Below, piece after piece: positions 11,881 through 25,578 of a stretch of 64,000 nt of DNA. Positions within the stretch are counted from its first letter, which is position 1. Every line of letters begins with the position of its first letter. This stretch comes from Octopus vulgaris. Lineage: Eukaryota. The notes below the pieces were generated by a model, which saw only the letters and a list, made by a program, of their open reading frames with translations, had not been told where the DNA came from and ran no database searches. The DNA lies in assembly GCA_951406725.2 (NCBI GenBank), contig OX597821.1, positions 47,368,001 to 47,432,000 on the forward strand. Direction: 5' to 3'. The translations under genes were made by a program, and so were the position numbers.

Positions 11881-13747
11881 CCCTTCCACAGGTGAAGTCT
11901 ACCTCGGTTCTCACTGACCCACTTAGGTGAAGTACAGGCTAAGGGTTGAAACCTGCTTGTGATGTTGAGATGTCTGCTGATGATATGGAAAGGTTTTCAG
12001 CATTGCAAAGGATTTAGAACAGCTTGCAAAACCTCTGAGTAGCTCCTGCAGTTTCTGCATGAGCAAAGCATCTCTGATGTTTATTTCACCTACATATGTA
12101 TATAAATATATAGAGATATATATGCATACATACAAAGATACACATACACTCATACACACACATGCATACATATATGCATAAAAACATACCACCATTACAT
12201 GCATGCAGACATATACGCATACATACATATATACAGTGAGCTTCTTTCAATTTCTATCTACCAAATCTACCCACAACACTTTGGTTGACCCTGGGCTATA
12301 GTAGTTGACACTTGCTCAAGGTCATGTAGAAAGGTGGTAAATCATGAGATTATATATCATGCTAACACAGTAATATCAACAGAATTTGTTATTGTTGCAG
12401 CTGGATGACAAGGAGAGATGGATTTTATTAGAGTAAAGCTGAGTTCTCTAAGTTTGTCAACAGAAATGTTAAAGAAATGGAGCAAGCATATTACCTTGCA
12501 ACATGCATTCATGTCAAAGGAATCAGTGTCTTTGTCAGGTGCTCATACTTTGGATTCCCCCATAGAATAAATTTAGTGATTCACATTGATTCACAAATGA
12601 AATTTAAAGTTGTTCACAAACAAAGACCCAGTCTCCAGTATTCTCTCTAAGTTACTCGGAATATGGTAACATTATTTGGAAACCACATCTCAGGGTTCAG
12701 ATCTCCACAGCATCAAAAGAACAGCTGTACAAGGTCAACACAAAATCTTGGAATTCCTTAACTAATCAACAAGAGATAATTTACATGCATTATTTAAAAG
12801 GAGATGTAACAAGCTGATGAAACAGCATGGTTTCAAAGAGAATCCACATACACTGGTATTGATCAAGAGCAGTAGTAGAGTGAAAGGCAGCCATCCAACT
12901 GAAGAATATAATTAATAATTATTTGAATAATTATAATTATTAAATTATTTGAAGAATATTATTTATAATATACTTAATTCAGGGTATTGACAGAATCATT
13001 AGATTCTTTGACAAAATGCAATGTGGTGGTTGTTCCAGCTGTTTTACATTCTGAGTTCACCAACAACACCGACGCTAAGTCGTGATGGTCCTTTCCTTTC
13101 CCTTTGACAACAGTGGTTGTTTGAAGAAGGAAGATATGCAGAACATGCAACTGTTGGCCTTCCACAGAAACTTTGCCCCAGCAAGTACCCTGGAGAGGTT
13201 CTAGATGCAGATACAGAGCCAACCTAGAGAGTGAAAAATACCTAAGGAATGAATTTAAAATGACCATTAGATTTGGTGAAAAAAGGAAAAAGAAATGGCA
13301 GTGAATGTCTGTTTTATTAAAACAAAAATTTCATTTCTTGCTAATGAAACAAAGAGAAGTGAAATATAAAAAAAATTAAAAACAGAAATTAATAAAATGC
13401 ATTAGATCAATACAGTCCATTTGTTTTCAGAATCCAATAGTAACATTCAAATGGAATATCTTAATTTCCTTTTACCAAATCACTGTTTGACCTAAATTTT
13501 AAACCACAATAGTTTTAAGGTAGATTTTAAGTCTGTTAAATTTAGCAAAAGAAACCAATATAAAAAAATTCAATATTAAGTTGATACACAAACAAACTAA
13601 ATTTTAAATAATTTTTTTTTAACTAAAGATATATTTAGGAAGCATAAATAGTTTATTTTGATCTTCATATTTCATTGAAGTGCTTCTTAGTAAAATATCC
13701 ATAGAAAAGAAAGGAGGAACCAGAACAATGTTGATGAGAGGTAATAT

Positions 13748-14127
13748 CTCTCTTTTCCTTGCTTCAGTCATTTGACTGTGGCCATGCTGGAACACTGCCT
13801 TTTAGTCGAGCAAGTCGACCCCAGGACTTATTCTTTGTAAGCCTAGTACTTATTCTATCGGTCTCTTTCGCCGAACCGCAAAGTTATGGGGACATTAACA
13901 CACCAGCATCGGTTGTCAAGCGATGGTGGGGGGACAAACATACACACACACACACACATTTATACGATGGGCTTCTTTCAGTTTCCATCAACTAAATCCA
14001 CTCCCAAGGCTTTGGTCGGCCTGAGGCTATAGCAGAAGACACTTGCCCAAGGTGCCACACAGTGAGACTGAACCTGGAACCATGTGGTTGGTAAGCAAGC
14101 TACTTACCACACAGCCACTCCAACGCC
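13748..14127 (-). mobile_element. tRNA-derived SINE, family A, full length
   Basis: Head with A box TGGCTGTGTGG and B box GGTTCAGTC, CORE-like CCTTGGGCAAGT, internal (CA)n and tail shared with the other copies. Confidence 0.9.
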
Positions 14128-16048
14128 TACACCTAATATACATATTTATCTAATATTTCAGTTGAATAAACCAAATCATGAAATAAGGGATAAGTTCAAT
14201 ATACAATACAAAACTGCTGTGACACGTGAAGATTTGAACAATGTTGCTAATAAATCAGGGCTAACTTTTGAAGATTTATATAATGTTGCTAATTAGTGGA
14301 GAAAATTTACAAATTGTTGCTAATAAATCAATGATAATGGTATAGGTGACTAAATCCTACACATTAACTTAATCACAAAAATTCATTATGGTTGTTAATT
14401 TAAGATCCTAATTGGTTAATTTGCTGCTGATGTTTTTATTAAAAAAAATTTAAATACGTCTAAGGCAAATATTTTGAATGATTTAAACAGAGTTGGTTGC
14501 TTTAGCTATCTGTTTCTTCCATACTAGTGGCTAGTTGATCATTTTGGCCCTTTACATATTAAAGCCAATTGTTTCAAAGCTGGACACCTTTCTTATTGAC
14601 AACCTTTCAAACATGAAGTATGAAACAATGAGAGATCCTCTACAGGTCAGCTAACTTGTTCAAAATAGTAGACAATTCTCTCTCTCTCTCTCCAAAGAAA
14701 AGGGACATTTTGGGTATATAATCTTAAATACACTGAGTCAAAAGAAAAGATGGCCATGTCTGGATCAGAGCTGATCCATGACAAGAACTATTTGATGTAG
14801 CAGTTGCTGTCTGTCCAACAGATTTTAAAAAGGAGAGTCTCAATGTAACAACAACCATTTTTTCTATTCTTTAGTAAATGTAGTCACATAGTTGGAGTAA
14901 ATGTTTCTACAGTTTGATCCCTGCCCTGCAACTGACAACTACCAAACACTGTGACTGTTACCATAGAGAAAGATCAAACATATTTGATCCCAAAACACAA
15001 CAGTTTTCTTGTATCTTGTCCAGGAGTACAACAGAATGACTAAGGTTTGACCTCATGTCATCAGTCTCTTCTCTTTATTTTAAAGACTCTGAGTTAGATT
15101 TCCAACTTTTTGTTTAACTGAGAAATTGAGAAATCAATTTTGAACTTCATTATCAATGAATCAACATTGAATTCACAAGTCTACAAGAGAACATTTAAAG
15201 TCACATGAGTTTCCAAATATAGAAGCCAAATCTTTCTCAAATTAGACTGTCTTAAAAATAATGAACAAACATGTAGTCCTAATACATTTTAGCCAACACA
15301 CTATGTAACAAGCAGATGAAAGCACGTTGTTATTGTAATAACTGTCTGCTAGGGAGATAATCATTTCTTCATGTCTGGTGGGATTAGAAATTTTGAATTT
15401 GAAATTAAAGAATAAGAAAAGAGATGCATTATAAATTTTTCTTTTATTTGATTTTTGTTTATTTATTATGGAGTGCTTAAATTTTCTAGTCAGCAGTAAT
15501 AATGTACAGTACTATTTCATTCTTTTTAGAAATTGCTAGCATGACATAACCTGAGATATATTGAATATTTTATGAAGCAAGACGTTCTCTTAGATGGAAA
15601 ACAATTACAGTCTGGAAGAAATTCATGGAATGTGCTTTCTTTCCTTTTTTTGTTATTTTTTATCATAGAGAGTTAGTAGCTGAACAATCAAATAGTTTTG
15701 TCTACATACAAGGTAACTTTTCCAGGGAGTTATACCTTATGTTAAAATACATTTATCTTTAGATAAATGTTCCTCATCATAGACATAATGTATATACTTA
15801 GATATCAGTAACAAAGGCATTCAGAGGAAAATTACTGAATATATAGATTATTTCCTTTATTAGCTTGTAGAAGCTTCCTTCAAATAGATAATTAGGATAT
15901 TCATAGTTAATATTGAAAACTGGCAAATGCAAAAGAACAGAAATCTATTTCAGCAGCAATTTGACTTTCTGGTCTACCCCTATTGATATTTGAATAAAAA
16001 ATCATTTTAATTCTGAAAATAAAAAATAAAATAAAAAAGAAAGCTTAC

Positions 16049-16171
16049 CGGTATCGAGGATTCTTATTTCTGAACCTTTACCAATGGAGGTATCAAAGTT
16101 TGCCATGAGAGGTGCAATGTACTGTGTTGCTGTTAGCCATTTGTGTAAAAATGGACTCATGTAAAGAAAAC
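16049..16171 (-). CDS. PLXDC2: PLXDC1/2-like gene, coding exon (family signature TATQYIAPLMANFD)
   Basis: 123 nt, ttttatag| ... G|gtaagc, phase 1-1. GFLYMSPFLHKWLTATQYIAPLMANFDTSIGKGSEIRILDT. Confidence 0.97.
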
Positions 16172-16383
16172 CTATAAAAGTAAATATATCAATACAGTGA
16201 TAAATTTAGTGGATGAAGAGAAAAGAGAGAAGTGAAAGAGGAAGAAATAGAGGGAGATGAAAGAAAGATAGAGAAACTGAATGAGGAGTTATTGGCAAAT
16301 GAATACACACATACACTCACATATATATATATAGGAAAACATTATGTATATGGTGTGTGCGAAAACAAATTAAATACTGATAT

Positions 16384-16590
16384 AAATTAGTTTCATCTGC
16401 CCATTACTCTTAAAAAAACTATCATAAATTAGTTTCAACCAGCCACTAAACACCAGGAAAAAAACTTCTACAAACCATTTTCACTCAGCCACTATCTCCA
16501 GTATAAGAAAAAAAATTGTTACAAACCAGTTTCAACCAGCCATTCTAACCACTTTTAATGTATTTATTTCTATGAACTAGTTTCAGTCGA
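16384..16590. repeat. Degenerate 42-51 bp minisatellite, about 5 units
   Basis: Recurring core aaa(t/c)(t/c)agtttca..cagcca at about 16384, 16426, 16472, 16523 and 16574. Confidence 0.6.
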
Positions 16591-16754
16591 CCAAAATGGC
16601 CCTTTAAGCAACTTCAGAAAGATGTAAAGACTTGAGAACAATTTCAAAGGAGTTAATTAACTCCTTTGAATAGTTTTGTATAAATCTCAGATGAAATGAT
16701 AGCTTGACAAGAAGGACATTTAATAACAAGACCAACACAAACAGAACATAGCTT

Positions 16755-16953
<199 letters not shown>

Positions 16954-17163
16954 AAGACAAGTAAATAAACTCATATAAAGCACTTATCACCAGTTGAATT
17001 ATTGCGTTAAGTGCATAGAGTGAGTAAACATTTTAGCCTTATTAATCATCAAAACCATAGTCTGGAATAATTCCACTCAACACTGGGTATCACATTTTCT
17101 ACATCTAACACAGTGAATCAATTTAAACAAACAATTAAGAAGTCTTCTCTCCTTTACTTTCTG

Positions 17164-17203
<40 letters not shown>

Positions 17204-18126
17204 TATATACACATGTGTATGTGAGTGTGTGTGCACACATGTATCATCAATGTTATTGATTTTATCTAGTTTCAGAGTTTCCATGTCAAGATTCGTTTGT
17301 CAAGGTACTTTAAGAAATCAAATATAGTTGGCAAGTAATTTTGAACATACGCATAAAAAGTCAAACGATATTGGGTATGAGTAAGAGTGGTTGGCAGGGC
17401 CATTATTAATTTTTATTTTAATTAATCTTATTTTTAATATTAACCCAAAGTTTGAGTATATATATGAAAAAATAAAATAAAAATCAAACCAAGAGAAAAT
17501 AGACAATAAACTCAGAAAATATTTTTAAAATATTAATAAAAAATATCTAATTTAATCATTAAATCAGATCATATCACCATGATACTAATGTGAGGTGCTA
17601 AGTCTGTTTAATATTTAAAAGTAGTTTTATAGAGTATTTCAAGTGAATTGATGCTTTCTATTGGCTCATGTGGAATTCTCTAGTGGAGGATTGGTCAAGT
17701 AATAACTGGACAGAAGGAGAACTTGTTGAATTGGATAGAAAGTAATAACAGAATTCATAAAATTATTAGTATGATGAATTAATAATACCATAATTTATAA
17801 GGTAATTAGAATTGTATTTTCCCAATTAAAATATAAAAGTGAGAGTACTATTATCATAATCACCATCACTATCTTCACCACCACAACCAGCTTTAACATC
17901 ATCACCACCACCATCATCATCATCTTATCGTTTTAAGTCAACTTTTTCCATTTTGGATTGGAATCATTTCTAGCATAATTTCCATGGCTGGCTTCATTTC
18001 TGACCACCAACCACATTTAAGCCTGGACTACTGCACGTGCATGTGTGAGTACATATGAGATGTTGTTGAATGAGAAAAACTGTGGCCAAAAGACAGGTTA
18101 CTAAAAGCAGACCCAGCTGTTGCATG

Positions 18127-18347
18127 CCTTTTGTATTTAAAACAACTATATCTGGTACAAATATTCTACCTGTTTTATGTTCAAACTGGCTGGATCTGGC
18201 ACATCACACCTACCTTACAATGTCATTCTAAGGCTTAAAAAAATCATATCATCAAAATCTCAAAGCTACAAAATAATGCATAATTTGTTCAAAATAATGT
18301 GAATAAATGAGCACTACATTTGACAGAATAAAATGAATAGAAAAGGG
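18127..18347. mobile_element. piggyBac-type MITE (degenerate 5' end)
   Basis: Ends in AAAAGGG followed by TTAA. The 5' end (gccttttgtattt) is only a decayed inverted match. Confidence 0.5.
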
Positions 18348-19009
18348 TTAAAGATATGAAACCTAGGAAAGCAAGAGGGGTATCAAGGATAATTGATAAG
18401 ATACAGAACCTGTGCCCAAGGGAAATGTGTTTCAGACATTCAAATAATGCTGGGAGCAATTATCCCTAATTACTGGCAGAGCAGTATCATCATGAACTGA
18501 TAAAAGAGGAACAAAGAAGTTTTCGAATGAAGCAAGGAGAAAGGCATACGATTGATGGCCCCAATCAGACAAATGGTAGGCAGCTATAGCCGAGTTAATC
18601 AGGAAGATAACTTCAATGAAACCATGAATATCCCCCTCTTTGGGTAACAAAAGCTTTTTGTCAAGAACAACACATTATATAAAGCACTCGCTGATTTTGA
18701 AAATCCTTTAACAGGGTACCAAGTTTTGTAGTCTGCTGGTAGCCAAGAAAACTAGGAGCAGGGACAGTTCAACCAATGAGCATGTTTGTATCAGAAAAGT
18801 GATTCATCAACAGATCCAACAAGGAATTTAATATTCCTCAGTCCACTTCTGTTTATGAGAGTTCATGGCTAGCTGTCCATAACAAATCAAACATGTTGAT
18901 GATCTCAACAAAGCATGAGGAAGAGGAGTTTCTAACATGGAAGCAAATTGTGAGTCTCAAAGGTTAATTTAGTAAAGATAAACTTTTAAAAGTTTTTAAA
19001 AGTTAGTTT

Positions 19010-19840
19010 CGAAATATGTTGTTCGCAAGAACTCAGCTTTGTCACACAAGATGAAAATTAATATATTGATAGCAGACTTAGGATAATGAACAATGTGTCC
19101 CCACTATGCAAACCCTATGAAACGAAGGTACAGAACTTCATGCACCATAAGCAATTCTCTGGATATGATAAAAAAGATAGGGTTTGAGTATACAGGGGTG
19201 CTAGAAAGAAGTTAGATAACATTATATGTAATGATACCAGTGGTACCTGCCCTAGATATAGAAACAAGAACTTGTGACAAAGCAAACAAGGTGAACACGT
19301 GATATAAAACCAACAAATATCAAGGAGTGATGTTTGTAGAGGCCACAGCCCATAGAGAACTAGCTCGTAGATTTAAGAAAGCTGCAAAGGAGACCGAACT
19401 CAACATTAAGATTGTTGAAAGGCCAGGGAACTCCGTCAGATCACAACTGTGTAGGACATACCCCTTTGAGAATACCATATGCACCAATGATAACTGCATG
19501 GTATGTAGGATTAGAACTAGCTTTAACTGTAGAACTCGAAATGTAGTCTACAGCATAAAATGCATAGAAGGTGCTTGTAAAGACATGAACATGACATACA
19601 TAGGGGAGACATCTAGGAGTATTGCAGAACGACTAAATGAACATTTGAGACAATATGATGACAAAAAACAGTCCTCCATACTATACCAACATGCCAAGGA
19701 CCAAACATGGAGGCAACCTGGGTCAACTTGACATCAGCATTTTATCCAAGCACCCAAAGGACCCAACACTCAGACAAATACAGGAGTACGTCCTCATAAA
19801 TGAAACACCCCCAGTACAAAATAGGAAATATACGTAGTAG
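19010..19840 (+). mobile_element. Penelope-like element fragment (Naiad-type), RT thumb plus GIY-YIG endonuclease
   Basis: NSALSHKMKINILIADL..IMNNVSP...QFSGYD, then KIVERPG...CTNDNCMVC...CRTRNVVYSIKC...YIGETSRSIAERLNEH...SILYQH...DPTLRQIQEYVLIN. Frameshifted. Confidence 0.88.
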
Positions 19841-20428
19841 ATATCATACCCCCATACCCACAGTTTATACAGGTAGAGTAAAATAGGTAGTGGGTTGTTA
19901 TGTAGATAGATGTATGTGTGAGTATCTGTATATGTGTATATGTATATGCTCATGTATGTAGGCATATGGATATGAATGTAAACAGATAGCCATACAGACG
20001 GATATGTTCTTAGGCTATATGAACAGAGAAGCACACATACGCAAATGGAGACTGAAACACATGACCATATATATACACACACAACTCACTTCACACAAGG
20101 AAACATATGGAGACACACATCCACACATGTGGGGATACACATCCATACATACAGACACAGTACATAGTTACAAAAAGACCCCATACACACACACAAAGAG
20201 ACAGAGGTACACACACACATGCAGACACATAAAAACACACAAACACAGACACACAAACACATGAATATGTAGAATACAAACATACACACACGCATGCATG
20301 CATACACAAACATGCATGCATGCATACATACACACACACATACATGCAAACATACATACATTATTTTAGTATCCATGCATACATATATACACATATATAG
20401 GTAAAGACACAGAGATTATAGATATATA

Positions 20429-20593
20429 GGCGCAGGAGTGGCTGTGTGGTAAGTAGCTTGCTTGCCAACCACATGGTTCCGGGTTCAGTTCCACTGCCTG
20501 GCATCTTGGGCAAGTGTCTTCTGCTATAGCCTCGGGCCGACCAATGCCTTGTGAGTGGATTTGGTAGATGGAAACTGAAAGAAGCCTGTCGTA

Positions 20594-20638
<45 letters not shown>

Positions 20639-20857
20639 ATGTTTGTGTGTCTGTGTTTGTCCCCCTAGCATTGCTTGACAACCGATGCTGGTGTGTTTAT
20701 GTCCCCGTCACTTAGCGGTTCGGCAAAAGAGACCGATAGAATAAGTACTGGGCTTACAAAGAATAAGTCCCGGGGTCAATTTGCTCGACTAAAGTTGGTG
20801 CTCCAGCATGGCCGCAGTCAAATGACTGAAACAAGTAAAAGAGTAAAAGAGAGAGAG
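20429..20857 (+). mobile_element. tRNA-derived SINE, family A, full length and young
   Basis: GGCGCAGGAGTGGCTGTGTGGTAAG...GGGTTCAGTTCC (pol III A and B boxes), CORE-like TCTTGGGCAAGTG, internal (TA)/(TG)n and tail (GTAAAAGA)2. Confidence 0.93.
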
Positions 20858-21482
20858 TATATATAATTTTGACAGTCGTTGTGCTTATTTTACACACAAA
20901 TATTTATACATGTGTGCAGGTGTAAATACATACATATGGATAAAGAAAATAGATCTTGGTAGAATATATTTTTTTTGTCCAACCCATACCAGCAAGGAAA
21001 ACATGCATATACATATACACACATTTCTTTAGTTGATAACAGTACAGCCATCTCTATGTAACTAAATGGTATAGGATGCAGAACAGCATTTCTCCACACA
21101 GTCACACTAAAACACATATACACATATATAGAAAACCACCAAAAGAATATTGAACACATTTATCCTGACATAAACTTTCAAAAATCATAACAACAAGAGA
21201 TTATTATTATCCAGGAATATATGTAGAACTATATTCCTAAGAAGTACGAACTTTAGTGTCTATAACTAAATCCAAATGATGTAATTCTTTTTTCAGTCAA
21301 AATGTTATATTGCTGTCAAGGTGGCCCAGAAAGTGTGTCAGAGAGACCAAATTAGAATATATATATATATATACATATATAAAAAACAACAGAAAAACAC
21401 CTAATATTTATACTGAGGTCACTTACTAAATAAATACTGTGGGTCGTAGTGACACAAAGATGCTAATATATTCCATGATTTA

Positions 21483-22118
21483 AGGCAGTGAACTAGCAGA
21501 ATCGTTAACATGCCGGGCAAAATGCTTAGCAGCATTCTGTCTGCCTTTATGCTCTAAGTTCAAATTTCACCAAGGTTGACTTTGCCTTTCATCTTTTCAT
21601 AGTCAATAAATTACTAGCTGAACACTGGAGTCGATGTAGTTTGCTTACCCTCCTCTCTCTCTCTTTTACTCTTTTACTTGTTTCAGTCATTTGACTGCGA
21701 CTATGCTGGAGCACCGCCTTTAGTCGAGCAAATCGACCCCGGGACTTATTCTTTGTAAGCCCAGTACTTATTCTATCGGTCTCTTTTGACGAACCGCTAA
21801 GTGACGGGGACGTAAACACACCAGCATCGGTTGTCAAGCAATGCTAGAGGGACAAACACAGACACACAAACATATACACACACAAACATATACACACACA
21901 TACATATATATACATGTATACGACAGGCTTCTTTCAGTTTCCGTCTACCAAATCCACTCACAAGGCTTTGGTCGGCCCGAGGCTATAGCAGAAGACACTT
22001 GCCCAAGATGCCATGCAGTGGGACTGAACCCGGAACCATGTGGTTGGTTAGCAAGCTTCTTCCTACACAGCCACTCCTGCACCTAACTTGCTGGCCATGT
22101 GCCAAAATGTGAAAACTA
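21483..22118 (+). mobile_element. SINE family B interrupted by a family A SINE
   Basis: Family B head and body at 21483-21650 (ggcagtgaactagcagaatcgtta...gactttgcctttcatc). The tail resumes at 22084-22118 (ttgctggccatgtgccaaaat). Confidence 0.75.
21653..22083 (-). mobile_element. tRNA-derived SINE, family A, full length and young
   Basis: Near-identical reverse complement of 20429-20857. Confidence 0.93.
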
Positions 22119-22743
22119 TATATTCCTTGATTACAATATTTCAGCATTTGATAGGTATATCATCATCATCATCACTTAACATATATTTTCCATGCTGGTA
22201 AGGCTTGACAGGAACTGGTAAGGCCAAGGGCTGCACCAGGTTCCATAGAATAATTTAACATAATTAACTACATTAAAATAAAGGAGTACAAAATTGACGT
22301 CAGATTCCTGGTCTATATATATCTGTGCAGGGTTTAGAATTACTGTTAAGGTCATCTCTACATATCATGTAATTTAAGTGCACTGCTAACACAGTAGTAC
22401 ATGGTATTGACTTATAAAAATGTTTAATATACTTTGTAGCATATTATGGTTGCATAACGAAATACCTTCTGCCTACAAGTCATTAATATTTAGGATTACT
22501 TTTATGAGTCAGTGATGAGAAGTATATACTTATGTGGTTCATAATAGTACTTATCTGAGAAATAATTATAGATCTATCATGAACATTATATAATTATTGA
22601 ATCTTATGTCAGTTATGTAACAATGAGTAGCAAGGGTAAAGTATTTATATGAGTTGATAGCATTATAATATAGAGGTATAAAATTAGACAGCCATATAGT
22701 AATTTTTAAACAAAGTGATAATATGATACAAAATGACATTATA

Positions 22744-22937
22744 ATCATCATCATCATCATCATCGTTTAGCGTCCGTTTTCCATGCTAGCATGGGTTGGA
22801 CGGTTCTACTGGGGTCTGTGAAGCCAGAAGGCTTCATCAGGCCCAGTCAAATCTGGCAGTGTTTCTACGGCTGGATGCCCTTCCTAACGCCAACCACTCC
22901 GTGAGTGTAGTGGGTGCTTTTTACGTGCCACCCGCAC
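22744..22937 (-). mobile_element. RTE LINE 3' end, 5'-truncated
   Basis: (CAT)n tail followed by ccatgctagcatgggttgga...gctggatgcccttcctaacgccaaccactcc. Confidence 0.85.
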
Positions 22938-23084
22938 CATAATGTAAATGGTAATACGAGATGATACGATAGGGTGAAATACTAAGATCAAGTAAATTAA
23001 TAATCTTAAATGATAAAGCAGATAACACGATAATGTGGAAGGATAAAAAAAAAAAGATATTTTTAATACCCATCATAAAATATT

Positions 23085-23290
23085 TGGATTTGATAGAGAG
23101 AAACTGAAAGAAGCCTACCATATATATATATATATATATGCATGTATGTATATATTTGTGTTTGTCCCCCCCACCACCATCGCTTGACAATTGATGTCGA
23201 TTGTGTGTTATGTCCCCGTAACTTAGCAGGTTGGCAAAAGAGACCGACAGAATAAGTACTAGACTTACAAACAATAAGTCCTGGGGTCGA
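23085..23290 (+). mobile_element. Headless SINE family A fragment
   Basis: Matches the body of the 20429 copy (aaactgaaagaagcct...gaataagtactagacttacaaa). Confidence 0.8.
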
Positions 23291-23870
23291 GATAGATTGA
23301 GAGGGCTAGTGAGTTCTGCTTAAAGGGGGGTTTAAAGAGGTTTCTGAATGAATAAATATGCTGATGACATATAGATTTTAAATTATCGGTGAGATCAACA
23401 TGATTTCATTGAAGAGTTGGTTATAACACTGCACTGGTAAACAATATTTTCTTTTTCTGAGTAACTTGAGTTATGAAGTATCTTTTGATTCAACTGCATA
23501 CACCTACCATAGACATGTGCACACACATAAACACAAACACACAAACATATATGAATGTACATATACCCAAAATAGTTGTAAATAATAGAATAAACTAGAT
23601 TTCTCAGTTCAGATTTTCTACACCAACCACTTATTCCCATCATTTACTCAATATATTTTGCGATCACCTTCAAACTGACATGAATGTTGATGACTGCATT
23701 AAAAGAAAAATTTCCTAGTCCAAACCCAGCAAAAGTGGGTGTGGGGAAATGCATAAAGGAATGTGTACAAAGAAGTTATGACTGTCACTGATTCAATGAA
23801 AAGTCATCAGCAGATATGATGTCTAGAATCGTAAAATAATAACAAAACAGTAAGAGAAAACTTCACTTAC

Positions 23871-23940
23871 CTCCAGTAGCTATGGTTAAATTCACTACAG
23901 TATGTCCAAAAAATTTAAATTTGAAATTTATTTTCACTGG
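23871..23940 (-). CDS. PLXDC2: PLXDC1/2-like gene, coding exon
   Basis: 70 nt, tttctcag| ... G|gtaagt, phase 0-1. PVKINFKFKFFGHTVVNLTIATG(G) resembles PLXDC2 [24 protein letters not shown]. Confidence 0.95.
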
Positions 23941-25455
23941 CTGAGAAATGAAAAGATATAAATTTTTATAAAACATGTTTATAAATTTAACAGCTCAACA
24001 ATCTTAAAATAATTTGTAAACAATATTTTCTTTTAAACAGCATTTCTGCACAGGTCTTAAACTTACATTTAGAATTATAACAAGACACTATTTGTAGGGG
24101 GTCAGTAACAGATTGACAGGGTAAGAGATTAGAGGTCAGCTAGAATAATGGCCAGAGAGTACTTGAAGATTATTAATAGAGATCAGTTAGATAGACTGAT
24201 GTTTGTAGAGGTAAATGAGAGATAATGTCAATGAACACAGAGTACAGTTCACGTATATTCTTGCTCATAATGAAAGGCTATATGAAGAGACCATATTATG
24301 AAACATGCTCTTTCTTCATTAAGGCAGATGAGATTAATTGGAGAGAGATTTTCTTAATTTACTTATTTTTCTCAGCCAATGAAAATAAATTTCAGATTAA
24401 AATATTTTGTGTTGTGTGAGGCAGTTGCTCTAATATAAGACATGTTCAGAAAATGATAACTAGTTGAACCTAAAGCAATTCTAAACCGCAAAAATTAAAA
24501 CCTATAATGTGTCAATTCTATATGGAAATAAAATCTTCGTTTGTACTGAACATATTTGCAAAATGTTAACAACAGATATATGGCCAGCCAAAGCATTCCA
24601 ACTAGGACCATTTCTTTGTTTTTTAGCTGATGGTGTATCTAAGCCTATATCATTCTGTGAGACGATATCTTTTTTTAAGTAAAAAAAAAAAGTGATACGA
24701 GAGAGATTTGGCAGCTGTTTCAAGTAGATCTAGGACCATCAGAGGGGGAATTTCTCGATGACTCAAGGAATCATTATATTCCAGAGATTAGAAACTATCC
24801 TGATTTTAATCTAAGAATTATGTTTCTGGTGAAGAAAGAAATCAAATGAGAACTATCTATAGAAAAGGTATTTAAACAAATTAAAATTGTCAGACTTAAT
24901 ACAACTTTGTTTCACATTCTATAAAGCCTTGTTAATATATTTTGCAAATTGTTTTGGATCCACTGTGAAAAGGGGAGACAGTTGTTAATGCATAATTCTA
25001 AGGACACGCAAGATATTGGCTGTCAAACTAATAACAGAATAGAAAAAAAGAAATATAAATGGAAACAAAAAATAGATTTAACTAAAAACTATTACTGCAA
25101 ATGTCTACGAAATTATAGAAATAGCTACATTGAAAAACCAAATGCTTGAAGTAACACAAGGGATCAGGTCTTAAGATATCTAACACTTCATTTGACAGCT
25201 ATGCTAAACCATCTTTATTACACCAAAGTCTAACTATGTATTTTACAGGTAGAAAGTATTTGAGTTGATTAATCTTTACTGACACATATAAATTTCAGCC
25301 TAATCACACACACACACACACTCAAACAATTAAACCAAAACCATACAACAGCTTTCATATATCATGAAAGAAAACAAGCTTAAGGCTTTCTGAAACACCT
25401 GATATATTTTGATTTTTAATGTAAAAGAACAAAGAGATCTTTAAATAACACTTAC

Positions 25456-25578
25456 AGCAGCCACTCTGTGATTGTTAGATAAAACTCTGTGGTTACTGAA
25501 TGGCCCATCATCCATGTTTATCCAGTGCTTATTGAGTTCCTCTTGAATGATTAACGACTTATAGTATCTGTGATTATC
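25456..25578 (-). CDS. PLXDC2: PLXDC1/2-like gene, coding exon
   Basis: 123 nt, ttgcag| ... |gtaagt, phase 0-0. DNHRYYKSLIIQEELNKHWINMDDGPFSNHRVLSNNHRVAA resembles PLXDC2 DHNYY...LWVNID...ILSNTHRQAA. Confidence 0.93.

Noticed and set aside
11970-12005. CTGATGA...GAAA motif as another hammerhead (also at about 12813 and 47326)
   Set aside because: Neither stem II nor a consistent stem I and III can be formed.
12974-13267. 97-aa minus-strand ORF as a missing exon or nested gene
   Set aside because: It resembles a diverged copy of the SINE tail at 59312-59520, and the PLXDC reading frame is already complete without it.
19180-19280. In-frame TGA codons in the Naiad-like element as selenocysteine
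   Set aside because: They do not fall at Cys motif positions, the copy also has frameshifts and TAA stops, and I saw no SECIS. Ordinary decay explains them.
20429-20500. tRNA-like sequences with A and B boxes (also at 38795, 50751 and 59570-59640)
   Set aside because: They are SINE heads continuous with SINE bodies and do not form a complete cloverleaf.
20361-20866. Recurrent short ORFs (MSSNARG..., MLEGQTQ..., MTTDAGVF...) found at several loci
   Set aside because: They recur because they lie inside copies of the same SINE. There is no coding signature.
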